Positions 51,900 to 60,387 are shown, counted from the first letter of the stretch. The stretch is DNA of 64,000 nucleotides from an uncultured Gammaproteobacteria bacterium (GCA_964639785.1 CAZXEE010000002.1:143273-207272), one strand, 5' to 3'. Numbers and translations: made by a program. Notes: generated by a model not told the origin, from the sequence alone.

Positions 51900-52226
51900 A
51901 TGAATATTAAGAAAGAAGACAAAGTAAAAATCTTAACCGGCAAAGACAAAGGCAAGAGCGGTAAGGTTTTGCAGGTATTACCGGCTCGCGGAAAGGTTAG
52001 CGTTGAAGGTTTGAACTTATTGATCAAGCACATGCGTCCTTCCAAACGAGGTGAAAAGGGGCAGCGGATTGAATTCCCATCTTTCGTGGATGCTTCCAAT
52101 TTAGCTGTAATCTGCCCGAAATGTGGCAAAGCTACCAGAGTGGCTTATAAGGTGGCTAAAGGCGAAGGAGCTGGTAAGAGCAAGAAATATAGGGTTTGTA
52201 AAAAATGCCAAGAGGCCTTAGATTAA
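51900..52226 (+). CDS. rplX: 50S ribosomal protein L24 carrying a CxxC...CxxC pair in its C-terminal part
   Basis: KOW motif (KVKILTGKDKGKSGKV). The C-terminal half contains CPKC (aa 72-75) and CKKC (aa 100-103). Confidence 0.9.
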   Translation: MNIKKEDKVKILTGKDKGKSGKVLQVLPARGKVSVEGLNLLIKHMRPSKRGEKGQRIEFPSFVDASNLAVICPKCGKATRVAYKVAKGEGAGKSKKYRVCKKCQEALD

Positions 52227-52240
52227 AACTTTTAAACAAT

Positions 52241-52780
52241 ATGAGACTAAAAGAAAAATATAAAAAAGAAATATTGCCAGCTTTGAAGAAGGACTTTGGT
52301 TTAAAGAATGATTATTTAGCTCCAAAGATCGAAAAAGTCGTCTTAAACGTCGGTTTTGGTAAGCACACCAAGGAGAAGGAATATGCCGAGAATGTCGTTA
52401 AGACACTGACTAAGATTACTGGCCAAAAACCGGTTTTGACTAAGGCTAAGAAATCTATTTCCGCCTTCAAGATCAGAGAAGGTATGGTTATCGGAGCTAT
52501 GGTCACTTTACGCGGCGATCGGATGTATGATTTTATCGAGCGTTTAGTGAATGTTACCTTTCCTCGCGTTCGTGATTTCCGCGGTATTTCTGAAAGTATT
52601 ATTGATAAGGATGGCAATATGACTATCGGTTTCAAAGAACACTTAGCTTTCCCAGAAATTAAGCAGGAAGATATTGATAATATCCATGGTTTGGAAATCG
52701 TTGTCGTTACCAGCACTCAGAATCGCGCCGCCGCTCTAGATTTATTCCGCTTATTAGGTTTTCCTTTTAAGAAAAATTAA
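52241..52780 (+). CDS. rplE: 50S ribosomal protein L5
   Basis: MRLKEKYKKEILPAL...PKIEKVVLNVGFG aligns with L5 N-termini. The track start at 52205 overlaps rplX. Confidence 0.95.
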   Translation: MRLKEKYKKEILPALKKDFGLKNDYLAPKIEKVVLNVGFGKHTKEKEYAENVVKTLTKITGQKPVLTKAKKSISAFKIREGMVIGAMVTLRGDRMYDFIERLVNVTFPRVRDFRGISESIIDKDGNMTIGFKEHLAFPEIKQEDIDNIHGLEIVVVTSTQNRAAALDLFRLLGFPFKKN

Positions 52781-52792
52781 TTATTAAAATAT

Positions 52793-52978
52793 ATGGCGAG
52801 AACCGCATTAATCGTTAAAGCAAAAAGAAAACCGAAATTTTCCACCCGGAAAATCAATCGTTGCTGGCGCTGTGGCCGTATTCATGGCTACATGCGTGAT
52901 TTCAACCTATGTCGTATCTGTTTCCGGGAACTAGCCGATAATGGTGATTTACCAGGAATCAAGAAATCTAGTTGGTAA
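52793..52978 (+). CDS. rpsN: 30S ribosomal protein S14, zinc-binding type Z
   Basis: 61 aa. CWRCGR...CRIC. Confidence 0.95.
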   Translation: MARTALIVKAKRKPKFSTRKINRCWRCGRIHGYMRDFNLCRICFRELADNGDLPGIKKSSW

Positions 52979-53023
52979 TTTCCAACCTATAAATAAATTA
53001 TATATTATTTTAATTATAAAATT

Positions 53024-53443
53024 ATGATGACAGATCCAATCGCAGACATGCTGACCAGAATCCGAAATGCCTCCATGGTCAAAAAAGCGGAGATCGTCCT
53101 GCCTTTAAGCAAATTAAAATTGGAAATAGCCAAGATCATGGAAAAAGAAGGCTGGGTGGGCAAAATCGAGGTCATAAAAGGCGATAATCAATCAAAAAAT
53201 AAGAGTGCAGCGTTTGATCGCTTGCGCATAGCTTTGAAATACAACGAAGAACGTCAGCCTCGTATCTCTTCTTTGAAGAGAATTTCTAAACCGGGTGCTA
53301 GAATCTATGTTGGTAAGGATGAATTACCGAAAGTGTTGAACAATCTAGGTATTGCTATCATTTCCACCCCAAAAGGATTAATGACTAATCGTGATGCTCG
53401 GAAGAACCAGTTGGGCGGGGAAGTAATTTGCGAAATTTACTAG
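53024..53443 (+). CDS. rpsH: 30S ribosomal protein S8
   Basis: MMTDPIADMLTRIRNA. Confidence 0.95.
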   Translation: MMTDPIADMLTRIRNASMVKKAEIVLPLSKLKLEIAKIMEKEGWVGKIEVIKGDNQSKNKSAAFDRLRIALKYNEERQPRISSLKRISKPGARIYVGKDELPKVLNNLGIAIISTPKGLMTNRDARKNQLGGEVICEIY

Positions 53444-53469
53444 TTTTATAAATTTTATATTCAATATAT

Positions 53470-54012
53470 ATGTCAAGAGTAGGAAAACTTCCAATTAAAT
53501 TAGCCGCCAATACTCAAGTCAAAATTGAGAATGGGCAGATTGTGGTCAAGGGTCCGAAAGGCGAATTGAAACAGGCGACACATCCTCATGTTGATGTTAA
53601 CATTACCCCGGAAGAGGTTACCGTTACCATTAAGGATACTAGCAACAAGAAGCAATGCGCTTTGTGGGGCTTATATCGCAATTTGATTAATAATATGGTG
53701 ATTGGCGTTAATGAAGGCTTCAGCAAGAAATTAGAATTCAAAGGTGTTGGTTATAAAGCTCAGGTGGCTGGCAATAAGTTGGTTATGAACCTGGGTTATT
53801 CCCATCCGATTGATTTCATGCTGCCGGCTGGTATCACTGCTGTTGTTGAAGGAAATTTCATTACTCTTTCTGGTATTGATAAGCAATTGGTCGGAGAAAA
53901 GGCCGCTCAATTACGCGGTTTGAGATTACCAGAACCATACAAGGGTAAGGGTATTAAATATGATGATGAGGTTATCAGACGTAAGGCTGGTAAGACCGCT
54001 GCTAGTAAATAA
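53470..54012 (+). CDS. rplF: 50S ribosomal protein L6
   Basis: MSRVGKLPIKL...GVGYKA...PEPYKGKGIKY. Confidence 0.95.
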   Translation: MSRVGKLPIKLAANTQVKIENGQIVVKGPKGELKQATHPHVDVNITPEEVTVTIKDTSNKKQCALWGLYRNLINNMVIGVNEGFSKKLEFKGVGYKAQVAGNKLVMNLGYSHPIDFMLPAGITAVVEGNFITLSGIDKQLVGEKAAQLRGLRLPEPYKGKGIKYDDEVIRRKAGKTAASK

Positions 54013-54020
54013 ATAAATAT

Positions 54021-54377
54021 ATGAATAAACAAATCGCTAAAAATGCTAAGATGGCTAGACGTCATGGCCGCGTCCGCTCCAAGATCAGCGGTACTGCTTT
54101 ACGTCCAAGATTGAGTGTTTTTAAATCTAATGCCGGTTTATACTTGCAATTGATCGATGATGAAAAGGGTTTGACCTTGGTCAGCGCTCATAGCCGTGAA
54201 ATCAAGGCTGATAATAAGAAAAAGACTGATATTTCCTTGGAATTAGGTAAGCTTTTAGCTAAGAAAGCTGTAGAAAAGAAAATTCAGGGCGTAGTTTTCG
54301 ATCGTGGCAGCTATCGCTATCATGGCCGCGTTAAGGCTGTGGCCGATGGTGCCAGAGAAGGCGGACTGCAATTTTAA
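54021..54377 (+). CDS. rplR: 50S ribosomal protein L18
   Basis: RRHGRVRSKISGTALRPRLSVFKSN...FDRGSYRYHGRVKAVADGAREGGLQF. Confidence 0.95.
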   Translation: MNKQIAKNAKMARRHGRVRSKISGTALRPRLSVFKSNAGLYLQLIDDEKGLTLVSAHSREIKADNKKKTDISLELGKLLAKKAVEKKIQGVVFDRGSYRYHGRVKAVADGAREGGLQF

Positions 54378-54400
54378 TTAATATAAATAACGATTAAAAT

Positions 54401-55075
54401 ATGTCAGAAGAAAAAAAACAAACCAATGAAGCCAGAGAAGGCGCTGTTTCTGAAGCGGTTGCCAAGACCATCTACGGCGGCAATACTAAACAGAACCCTA
54501 ATTTCCGTGGCGGCCAAGGTGGACGGGGCGGAAGAGCAGAGAGACGTGGCGACAAGAGATTTGAGAAGAAGGACGATATGGAACAGAGAATCTTGGATAT
54601 CGCTCGCGTAACTCGTGTGATGAAAGGCGGAAAACGTATGAGCTTCAGGGCTTGCGTAGTTTTAGGCGACAAGAAGGGAAATATCGGTATCGGCTTAGGC
54701 AAGGGTGCTGATGTGACTATGGCCGTCAATAAAGCTGTTAACCAGGCAAAGAAGCATATGATCGTTGTTAACACCATTAATGATACTATTCCTCATGAAA
54801 TCAGAAAGACTATCGGTGCTGCTTCAATCATGTTCAAGCCAGCCCAAAAGGGTAGAGGTGTTATCGCTGGCGGAGTGGTTCGCGTTATCTTGGAATTAGC
54901 CGGTGTCAAGAATGTTACCAGCAAGATCTTAGGTACCAACAACAAGATCAATAATGCTAATTGCACTATCCAAGCTTTAGCTAGTTTGAGAAAAGTAGAA
55001 AAGAAAGTTAAGGCAGTTAAGGTGGAAGAAAAGGTGGCCAAGGTAGAAAAGAAGGAAAAGAAAGCCGCTAAATAG
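54401..55075 (+). CDS. rpsE: 30S ribosomal protein S5 with an RGG-rich N-terminal and a Lys-rich C-terminal extension
   Basis: S5 core (RVTRVMKGGKRMSFRACVVLGD...). The N-terminal roughly 58 aa include FRGGQGGRGGRAERRGDKR. The tail is VEKKVKAVKVEEKVAKVEKKEKKAAK. Confidence 0.95.
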   Translation: MSEEKKQTNEAREGAVSEAVAKTIYGGNTKQNPNFRGGQGGRGGRAERRGDKRFEKKDDMEQRILDIARVTRVMKGGKRMSFRACVVLGDKKGNIGIGLGKGADVTMAVNKAVNQAKKHMIVVNTINDTIPHEIRKTIGAASIMFKPAQKGRGVIAGGVVRVILELAGVKNVTSKILGTNNKINNANCTIQALASLRKVEKKVKAVKVEEKVAKVEKKEKKAAK

Positions 55076-55104
55076 TTCTAAGATATATAATTAATTCGAA
55101 TACT

Positions 55105-55524
55105 ATGTCATTAGCTTTGAATATCATTAAAAAATCTAAAGGCGCCAGCCAGAAGAAGAAACGCGTCGGTCGCGGTAATGCTTCCGGTCATGGTACTTAT
55201 AGTACCCGTGGTCTTAAGGGTCAGAAATCTCGTTCCGGCGTTTCTGGTTTGAAACGTTTAGGTATGAGAAAGCAATTGCTCCAGCTTCCTAAGAATCGCG
55301 GTTTCAGATCACTCCAGCCTAAGAATCAGGTTATTTCTATCAAGACTATCAATGAAAATTATAAGGATAACGAGATTGTCAGCCCAGCTACTCTATTGGA
55401 AAAGGATTTGATTAAGAGTGTTGATTTGCCAGTTAAAATCTTGGGCAAGGAATCTTTAACCGTCAAAGGTTTGAAATTTGAAAAGGTAAAGATGAGCGGT
55501 TCAGTCAAAGAAACTATCAAATAA
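55105..55524 (+). CDS. rplO: 50S ribosomal protein L15
   Basis: KKKRVGRGNASGHGTYSTRGLKGQKSRSG. It starts 29 nt after rpsE, leaving no room for rpmD. Confidence 0.95.
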   Translation: MSLALNIIKKSKGASQKKKRVGRGNASGHGTYSTRGLKGQKSRSGVSGLKRLGMRKQLLQLPKNRGFRSLQPKNQVISIKTINENYKDNEIVSPATLLEKDLIKSVDLPVKILGKESLTVKGLKFEKVKMSGSVKETIK

Positions 55525-55531
55525 TTTTTTT

Positions 55532-55555
55532 AGACGAGGAATTATTTCCTCGTCT
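55532..55555 (+). terminator. 10-bp perfect hairpin between rplO and secY (attenuator or processing-site candidate; weak U-tract)
   Basis: AGACGAGGAA / TTCCTCGTCT stem, TTAT loop, followed by CTTTG. Confidence 0.45.
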
Positions 55556-55572
55556 CTTTGAATAATAATCAT

Positions 55573-56847
55573 ATGGTCATAGAAAAAATCAGACAAATTT
55601 GGAAGGCACGTGATGTACGTAACAAGATATTGTTTGTTTTGGGCATGTTAGTTATTTTTCGTTTAATTGCTCACATTCCAGTTCCAGGCGTTAATACTCA
55701 GGCCTTGAAACAGCTGTTCAGTTCTAACCAGGTTTTGGGCTTAATGGATCTGTTTTCCGGAGGTGGCATGAAGAATTTCTCCGTCGTGATGATGGGTGTC
55801 GGTCCTTATATAACTTCTTCTATTATTTTCCAGCTCTTAGGTATGATCGTCCCGAAATTAGAAGAGATGCAGAAAGAAGAATCAGGACGCCAGAAGATCA
55901 ATATGTGGACCCGTTGGGCTACTGTTCCTTTGGCTATCATGCAAGCTTATGCGATGATTAACCTTTTGCAGCGTTCTTCTCGCAATATCATTACCAGTAC
56001 CAGCAGTTTCGATCTCTTTATGATGGTTATGACAGTTACTGTCGGTACTATGTTCTTGATGTGGTTGGGTGAATTGATTTCTGAGAAGAAGATCGGTAAT
56101 GGTATTTCTTTACTTATCTTTGCCGGTATCATTTCAGCTTTACCTCAGACTTTATCCCAGCTTTTCTTGACTTTTGACCAGTCTCAATTATTTACTCTGA
56201 TTGGTTTTGCTGTAATTGCCGTTGTTACTGTCGTCGGCGTGGTTATCATTAATGAAGGCCAGAGAAATATTCCAGTCCAATATGCTCGTCAGATTAGAGG
56301 CAGCCGGACTTCCGGTGGAACCTCTACCCATTTGCCTCTCAGAGTCAATATGGCTGGCGTGATTCCGATTATCTTCGCTATCTCAATCATTATGTTCCCG
56401 TCAATGGTAGCCCAGTTCTTCGTTAGTGCGAAGACTGCCTGGATTGCTAATTTTTCCCAGTGGACCATCGATCTTTTCCAGAACCAGCTTTTTTATGGCA
56501 TTATCTATTTCTTGTTAGTATTTGCTTTCACTTATTTCTATACCGAAATCGTTTTCCATCCGGAACAGATTGCCGAAAATTTGCAGAAACAAGGCGGATT
56601 TATTCCTGGTATCAGACCGGGACGCCACACTGCCGAATACTTGGGTAATACTACCCACAAGATCATCTTGATCGGCGCTTTGTTCTTGGGCTTGATTGCC
56701 GTCTTGCCGTTAATCATGCGCTATTTTACCGGCATCCAGTCATTGGCTATCGGAGGTACCAGCTTGCTGATCGTCGTTTCAGTGGTTATCGATACTGTCA
56801 AGCAGATTAAATCCCAGTTGACTATGCGGGAGTATGATGGAATATAG
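55573..56847 (+). CDS. secY: Preprotein translocase subunit SecY
   Basis: 10-TM protein. ILFVLGMLVIFRLIAHIPVPGV and GGTSLLIVVSV. The track start TTG 55558 abuts the hairpin, so ATG 55573 is preferred. Confidence 0.95.
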   Translation: MVIEKIRQIWKARDVRNKILFVLGMLVIFRLIAHIPVPGVNTQALKQLFSSNQVLGLMDLFSGGGMKNFSVVMMGVGPYITSSIIFQLLGMIVPKLEEMQKEESGRQKINMWTRWATVPLAIMQAYAMINLLQRSSRNIITSTSSFDLFMMVMTVTVGTMFLMWLGELISEKKIGNGISLLIFAGIISALPQTLSQLFLTFDQSQLFTLIGFAVIAVVTVVGVVIINEGQRNIPVQYARQIRGSRTSGGTSTHLPLRVNMAGVIPIIFAISIIMFPSMVAQFFVSAKTAWIANFSQWTIDLFQNQLFYGIIYFLLVFAFTYFYTEIVFHPEQIAENLQKQGGFIPGIRPGRHTAEYLGNTTHKIILIGALFLGLIAVLPLIMRYFTGIQSLAIGGTSLLIVVSVVIDTVKQIKSQLTMREYDGI

Positions 56848-56876
56848 TCGTTAGGTAATTATTTTGAATATACAGG

Positions 56877-56905
56877 AAGAGGCTCGATATCGAGCCTCTT
56901 TTTTG
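56877..56905 (+). terminator. Strong Rho-independent terminator after secY
   Basis: AAGAGGCTCGA / TCGAGCCTCTT stem followed by TTTTTT. Confidence 0.8.
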
Positions 56906-56916
56906 TTGCCGTTAAA

Positions 56917-56945
56917 TTGATTTCCATCTGATTATATGGTATAAA
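56917..56945 (+). promoter_or_regulatory. Candidate promoter (TTGATT-17-TATAAA) of the 751-aa ORF / map unit
   Basis: Hexamers at 56917-56922 and 56940-56945, with a 38-nt leader to ATG 56984. Confidence 0.45.
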
Positions 56946-56983
56946 TAAGGTATCAATATTTATCATTAATTATTATCAAGCAT

Positions 56984-59239
56984 ATGTCTCTGTCAGAAAA
57001 ATTAGAGACTGGAAGATTAGATTTGGATATGAAGCGTTTAGAGGAGGCGATAGCGTCCAATCTTTCTAAAGGTCAAAAAATATTTGGACTGACTAATTTA
57101 TTGATTAATAAGTCTAACAGTAATTTGGCTGATATTAAGCAAAAAAATGAGAAAATAGCTGAACATTTCGCTGGTTATGAAGAGCTTGACGGTCGTCCGG
57201 CAAGTGTTAAGGATCAATTGAAACAAGAGCTATCTTATTTGGATTTGAAGTTTTCCGGAGGCAAGAAAGGCGGTAAATCTAATCAAGAGCTAGCCCTGGA
57301 AAAGATCATGTCCCATCTGGAGTCTTTGCGGGAAGAAATTGATAGCTTAAAGAAGGAACATCATGATAAATATCGACAGACCCCTGAAGGACTGGCTGAG
57401 GCTGCTCGAGAGGCGGAGTATAGGGCGGAATGCAGCCGAGAGGTGTTGTCTAGTTTGTCTCGTCCTGATGATTTTGAAAAGATTAGCCATCTCAAGATTT
57501 CACCACGGCATTTGGAAATCGCCGGATCGTATGGCGTTGAGCTGACCCAAGAGATGATCTTGGAAGAATGGAAGCGGATGGTAGAGGAATTATTATTGCA
57601 TCAGAAGTTTGCGGCCCACAAGGATCGGATTCAGAATTTCCAGAAGCACAAACCATTTATTGATAATTTTTCTGACTACAACAAGAAGTTTGAGCAGATT
57701 AAGGATTGGGTGGCCAGCTTAAAGGGATTGCGGGACCAAGCCGTCTTGGCTTTAGCCAATATCATTTCTGATAGCGAGGAGATAAAGCGGAGATTCCATC
57801 ATTATGGAATCAGCGGAGCCAGCCTTAATCCGGCGGTCAGACGGATGCTGACTAATTATGATGATTTATCTGAGAACCAAGTATATGATAGCCCGGCAGC
57901 TCTGGCCTATGAATACATCAATCATCTTTTGGCGGCCAGTATCGGTTCCGGTGATAGCCGGAACAATGCTTTTGATGATTTCGTGAAGCTTTGTAATTTC
58001 CGGTACTATTCGGATAGCCAATGTCCGGGAGCGGATGCTTTCGGTCAGAAGTATAGTCCGGAAGATTTTGCTTTCTTCGACCGGCAGGATTATAACCCCG
58101 AAACATTGCTTTGTTTCTGTGCCAATTGGGGCCGTTTGATTTCTAATCTGCGCGATGAGATCAAAGCAGAGGGCCGGAATATCAGTCCTCGGGGCTTTAT
58201 CGCCAGCTTTGGCCAGAAGAACTATGATTTGATTAAGAGGTTGCCGAAACTATCGGTTCCGGAAGCAAAAATAGCTGATTTTCCGAAGGAATATGTCGAG
58301 CCTCATGGTTCTTGGAGCCAGAAATACTTTGAAGATGAAAATTGGTATAACCAATTTACAGCCTTGATTAAGCAGTCGGCACAAAAGTTAGAAAAGCTTT
58401 TGCCAATCCGTTGGCTGGAGGAAGAATTGGATCGGAAGAAACGGCAGAATCCTGAAATCTGGGAAGTCTTGGAGCGCAAGATCAAGCTAGCTGAATACCT
58501 GAAATTCTTGGAAAAGAACCATGACTATCATCGCCGCCGCCCAATTGGTATCAGAGTTGATGCTGACGGGAAGATAATGCTCTTGGATAATCGAGGACGT
58601 CAGGATGAAGCTGACAAGAAAGTGGAGTATAACTTGCTTGAGGAATCATATAAGGAATATCTGAAGAAGGAGATTGCGGCTATCATCTTTGAAATCAGAC
58701 AAACAGAGAATAAGATTTTTGTTCGGAAGAACGAATTAAAAGTCCTCAATGATCGTCTCGGAACTTATCAGATATTGAGCAGTTATAGCTTGGCGGACAG
58801 GATCTATGGCCGGGTTCATTCAGAGTCATATAAAGAATCGTCTTTAGCTTCGGAAGAGTTACAGGAGATCGATCATTTCTGTAAATTAGGTTATAAGAAT
58901 TTGAAACAACAACAGGAAATCAAGCAGCGATATGAAGCAGTTGAAAAAGACCTGAACCGCCATCCGGAAAAGCTTGAAGCTCGTTTGTTATCTGAGTATC
59001 CGGACTTAGTTCGGAATATCTCGGTCTACGAACAATTGATTTCCGGATTAAAGTTGATAAATACCGCTTTATCTAGTTTGATCCGAGAAAAACATACTGC
59101 TTTGATTAGGAATTTTAGTGCGAAGAATAAGAAATATAAAGAGCTGATCAATGACTATAACCGCATCTACCATCGTGAAGGAGCTTATCCTTTAACCCCG
59201 GCAATCGATTCTAGGGAAGATCTGGTCGCTTATCTATAA
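56984..59239 (+). CDS. Large cytoplasmic hypothetical protein of unknown family, in the position normally held by adk
   Basis: 751-aa uninterrupted ORF with no TM or signal peptide. Charged and predicted helical. Only one weak motif (GGKKGGKS, aa 92-99, fits GxxxxGK[ST]). Confidence 0.6.
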   Translation: MSLSEKLETGRLDLDMKRLEEAIASNLSKGQKIFGLTNLLINKSNSNLADIKQKNEKIAEHFAGYEELDGRPASVKDQLKQELSYLDLKFSGGKKGGKSNQELALEKIMSHLESLREEIDSLKKEHHDKYRQTPEGLAEAAREAEYRAECSREVLSSLSRPDDFEKISHLKISPRHLEIAGSYGVELTQEMILEEWKRMVEELLLHQKFAAHKDRIQNFQKHKPFIDNFSDYNKKFEQIKDWVASLKGLRDQAVLALANIISDSEEIKRRFHHYGISGASLNPAVRRMLTNYDDLSENQVYDSPAALAYEYINHLLAASIGSGDSRNNAFDDFVKLCNFRYYSDSQCPGADAFGQKYSPEDFAFFDRQDYNPETLLCFCANWGRLISNLRDEIKAEGRNISPRGFIASFGQKNYDLIKRLPKLSVPEAKIADFPKEYVEPHGSWSQKYFEDENWYNQFTALIKQSAQKLEKLLPIRWLEEELDRKKRQNPEIWEVLERKIKLAEYLKFLEKNHDYHRRRPIGIRVDADGKIMLLDNRGRQDEADKKVEYNLLEESYKEYLKKEIAAIIFEIRQTENKIFVRKNELKVLNDRLGTYQILSSYSLADRIYGRVHSESYKESSLASEELQEIDHFCKLGYKNLKQQQEIKQRYEAVEKDLNRHPEKLEARLLSEYPDLVRNISVYEQLISGLKLINTALSSLIREKHTALIRNFSAKNKKYKELINDYNRIYHREGAYPLTPAIDSREDLVAYL

Positions 59240-59249
59240 TTTTAAATTT

Positions 59250-60020
59250 ATGGTAACGATAAAAACAGCCAAAGAAATCAATATTATCCGCCAAGGCGGA
59301 CATAAGCTAGCCCTTATCCTGCAGGCTTTAGCTAAGGCTTGCAAGCCGGGTGTAGACACTGGCTATCTGGAACAGATGACTAATGATCTGATTATCAAAG
59401 CCGGTGGCCGTCCCGCTTTCAAGGGTTACGATATGGGCGATGGCATCTATTTTCCGACAGCTTTATGCGCTTCTATTAATAATGAAGTGGTCCATGGCGC
59501 AGCTCTTCCAGCTCGCGTTTTAAAGTCAGGGGATATTATTGATTTGGATATCGGTATGGAGTGGCAGGGTCTTTATACTGACACTTGCTTGACGGTCGGG
59601 GTGGGGAAGATTAGTAAGGAAGCCAAGCAATTGATCCGAGTTACTAAGGAAGCTTTGGAAATCGGCATCAGACAGGTTAAGCCAGGCAATACTTTGAATG
59701 ATATCGGATCAGCTATCGAGAATTTCGTAGACCAATATGGTTATGGAGTGGTTCGCGATTTAGTCGGCCATGGAGTGGGTTATCAAGCTCATGAAGATCC
59801 GAATGTTTTCAATTATGCTATTCCGAAGAATTCCCGCGAGAATATCACCTTGAAAGAAGGAATGGTGATCTGTATCGAACCGATGATCAATTTGGGAACT
59901 TGGGAGGTCAAGACGGCCAAGAATGGTTATACCATCCTGACGGATGATAATTCTTTGAGCGCTCATTTTGAACATACCATAGCAGTGACTAAAAAAGGTT
60001 ATGAGATATTGACCAAATAA
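59250..60020 (+). CDS. map: Methionine aminopeptidase, type I
   Basis: 256 aa. NNEVVHG, DIIDLDIG, GHGVG and the EHTIAVT metal-ligand contexts. Confidence 0.92.
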   Translation: MVTIKTAKEINIIRQGGHKLALILQALAKACKPGVDTGYLEQMTNDLIIKAGGRPAFKGYDMGDGIYFPTALCASINNEVVHGAALPARVLKSGDIIDLDIGMEWQGLYTDTCLTVGVGKISKEAKQLIRVTKEALEIGIRQVKPGNTLNDIGSAIENFVDQYGYGVVRDLVGHGVGYQAHEDPNVFNYAIPKNSRENITLKEGMVICIEPMINLGTWEVKTAKNGYTILTDDNSLSAHFEHTIAVTKKGYEILTK

Positions 60021-60023
60021 AAA

Positions 60024-60055
60024 AGGCGGACGTTTTGTCCACCTCTTTATTTTTG
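60024..60055. terminator. Bidirectional terminator between map and the convergent small ORF
   Basis: AGGCGGAC / GTCCACCT stem (7 of 8 pairs) flanked by an A-run and a T-run. Confidence 0.6.
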
Positions 60056-60064
60056 TCTTTTTTA

Positions 60065-60316
60065 TTATTCGGTTTTTCCTTCCTTGGAAGTTTCAACTTC
60101 TTTTCCGTCATCTTTGAAGCAGCCCCATTCTTTCATTTCGAACGGGTATGATTCCAGTTCTTTGGGGTTACTGGGAACCGGGTCTTCGTAGATGGTTTCC
60201 ATCTCAATTTCCATCAAATACTTGTAATATATTCCGGATCCGGTTGTGGGTCTGGTCTGAGAGAATCCCAGAGTGGCGGCAAGTGCCAGAGCAAGGGTAA
60301 GCAGGGCAGTTTTCAT
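60065..60316 (-). CDS. Small secreted hypothetical protein
   Basis: 83 aa. Signal-peptide-like N-terminus MKTALLTLALALAATLGFSQ, then an acidic mature part. No family recognised. Confidence 0.45.
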   Translation of the reverse strand: MKTALLTLALALAATLGFSQTRPTTGSGIYYKYLMEIEMETIYEDPVPSNPKELESYPFEMKEWGCFKDDGKEVETSKEGKTE

Positions 60317-60378
60317 GATTCTACGATTTAGGGTTTGAGGCTATAATATCACATATTTCTATTTTTGTCAATGAGTGT

Positions 60379-60387
60379 TGATAATAT
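60379..60387 (+). promoter_or_regulatory. Extended -10 TGATAATAT 7 nt before the ruvX ATG (leaderless geometry)
   Basis: The -10 TAATAT is at 60382-60387 and the ATG at 60395. Confidence 0.4.

Noticed and set aside
57257-57280. Walker A-like GGKKGGKS in the 751-aa orphan as evidence that it is a divergent adenylate kinase or P-loop NTPase
   Set aside because: The motif lies in a Gly/Lys low-complexity patch. It lacks the preceding hydrophobic strand pattern of adk (GxPGxGKGT), and there is no recognisable Walker B or LID/NMP-binding sequence. This is insufficient to call it.
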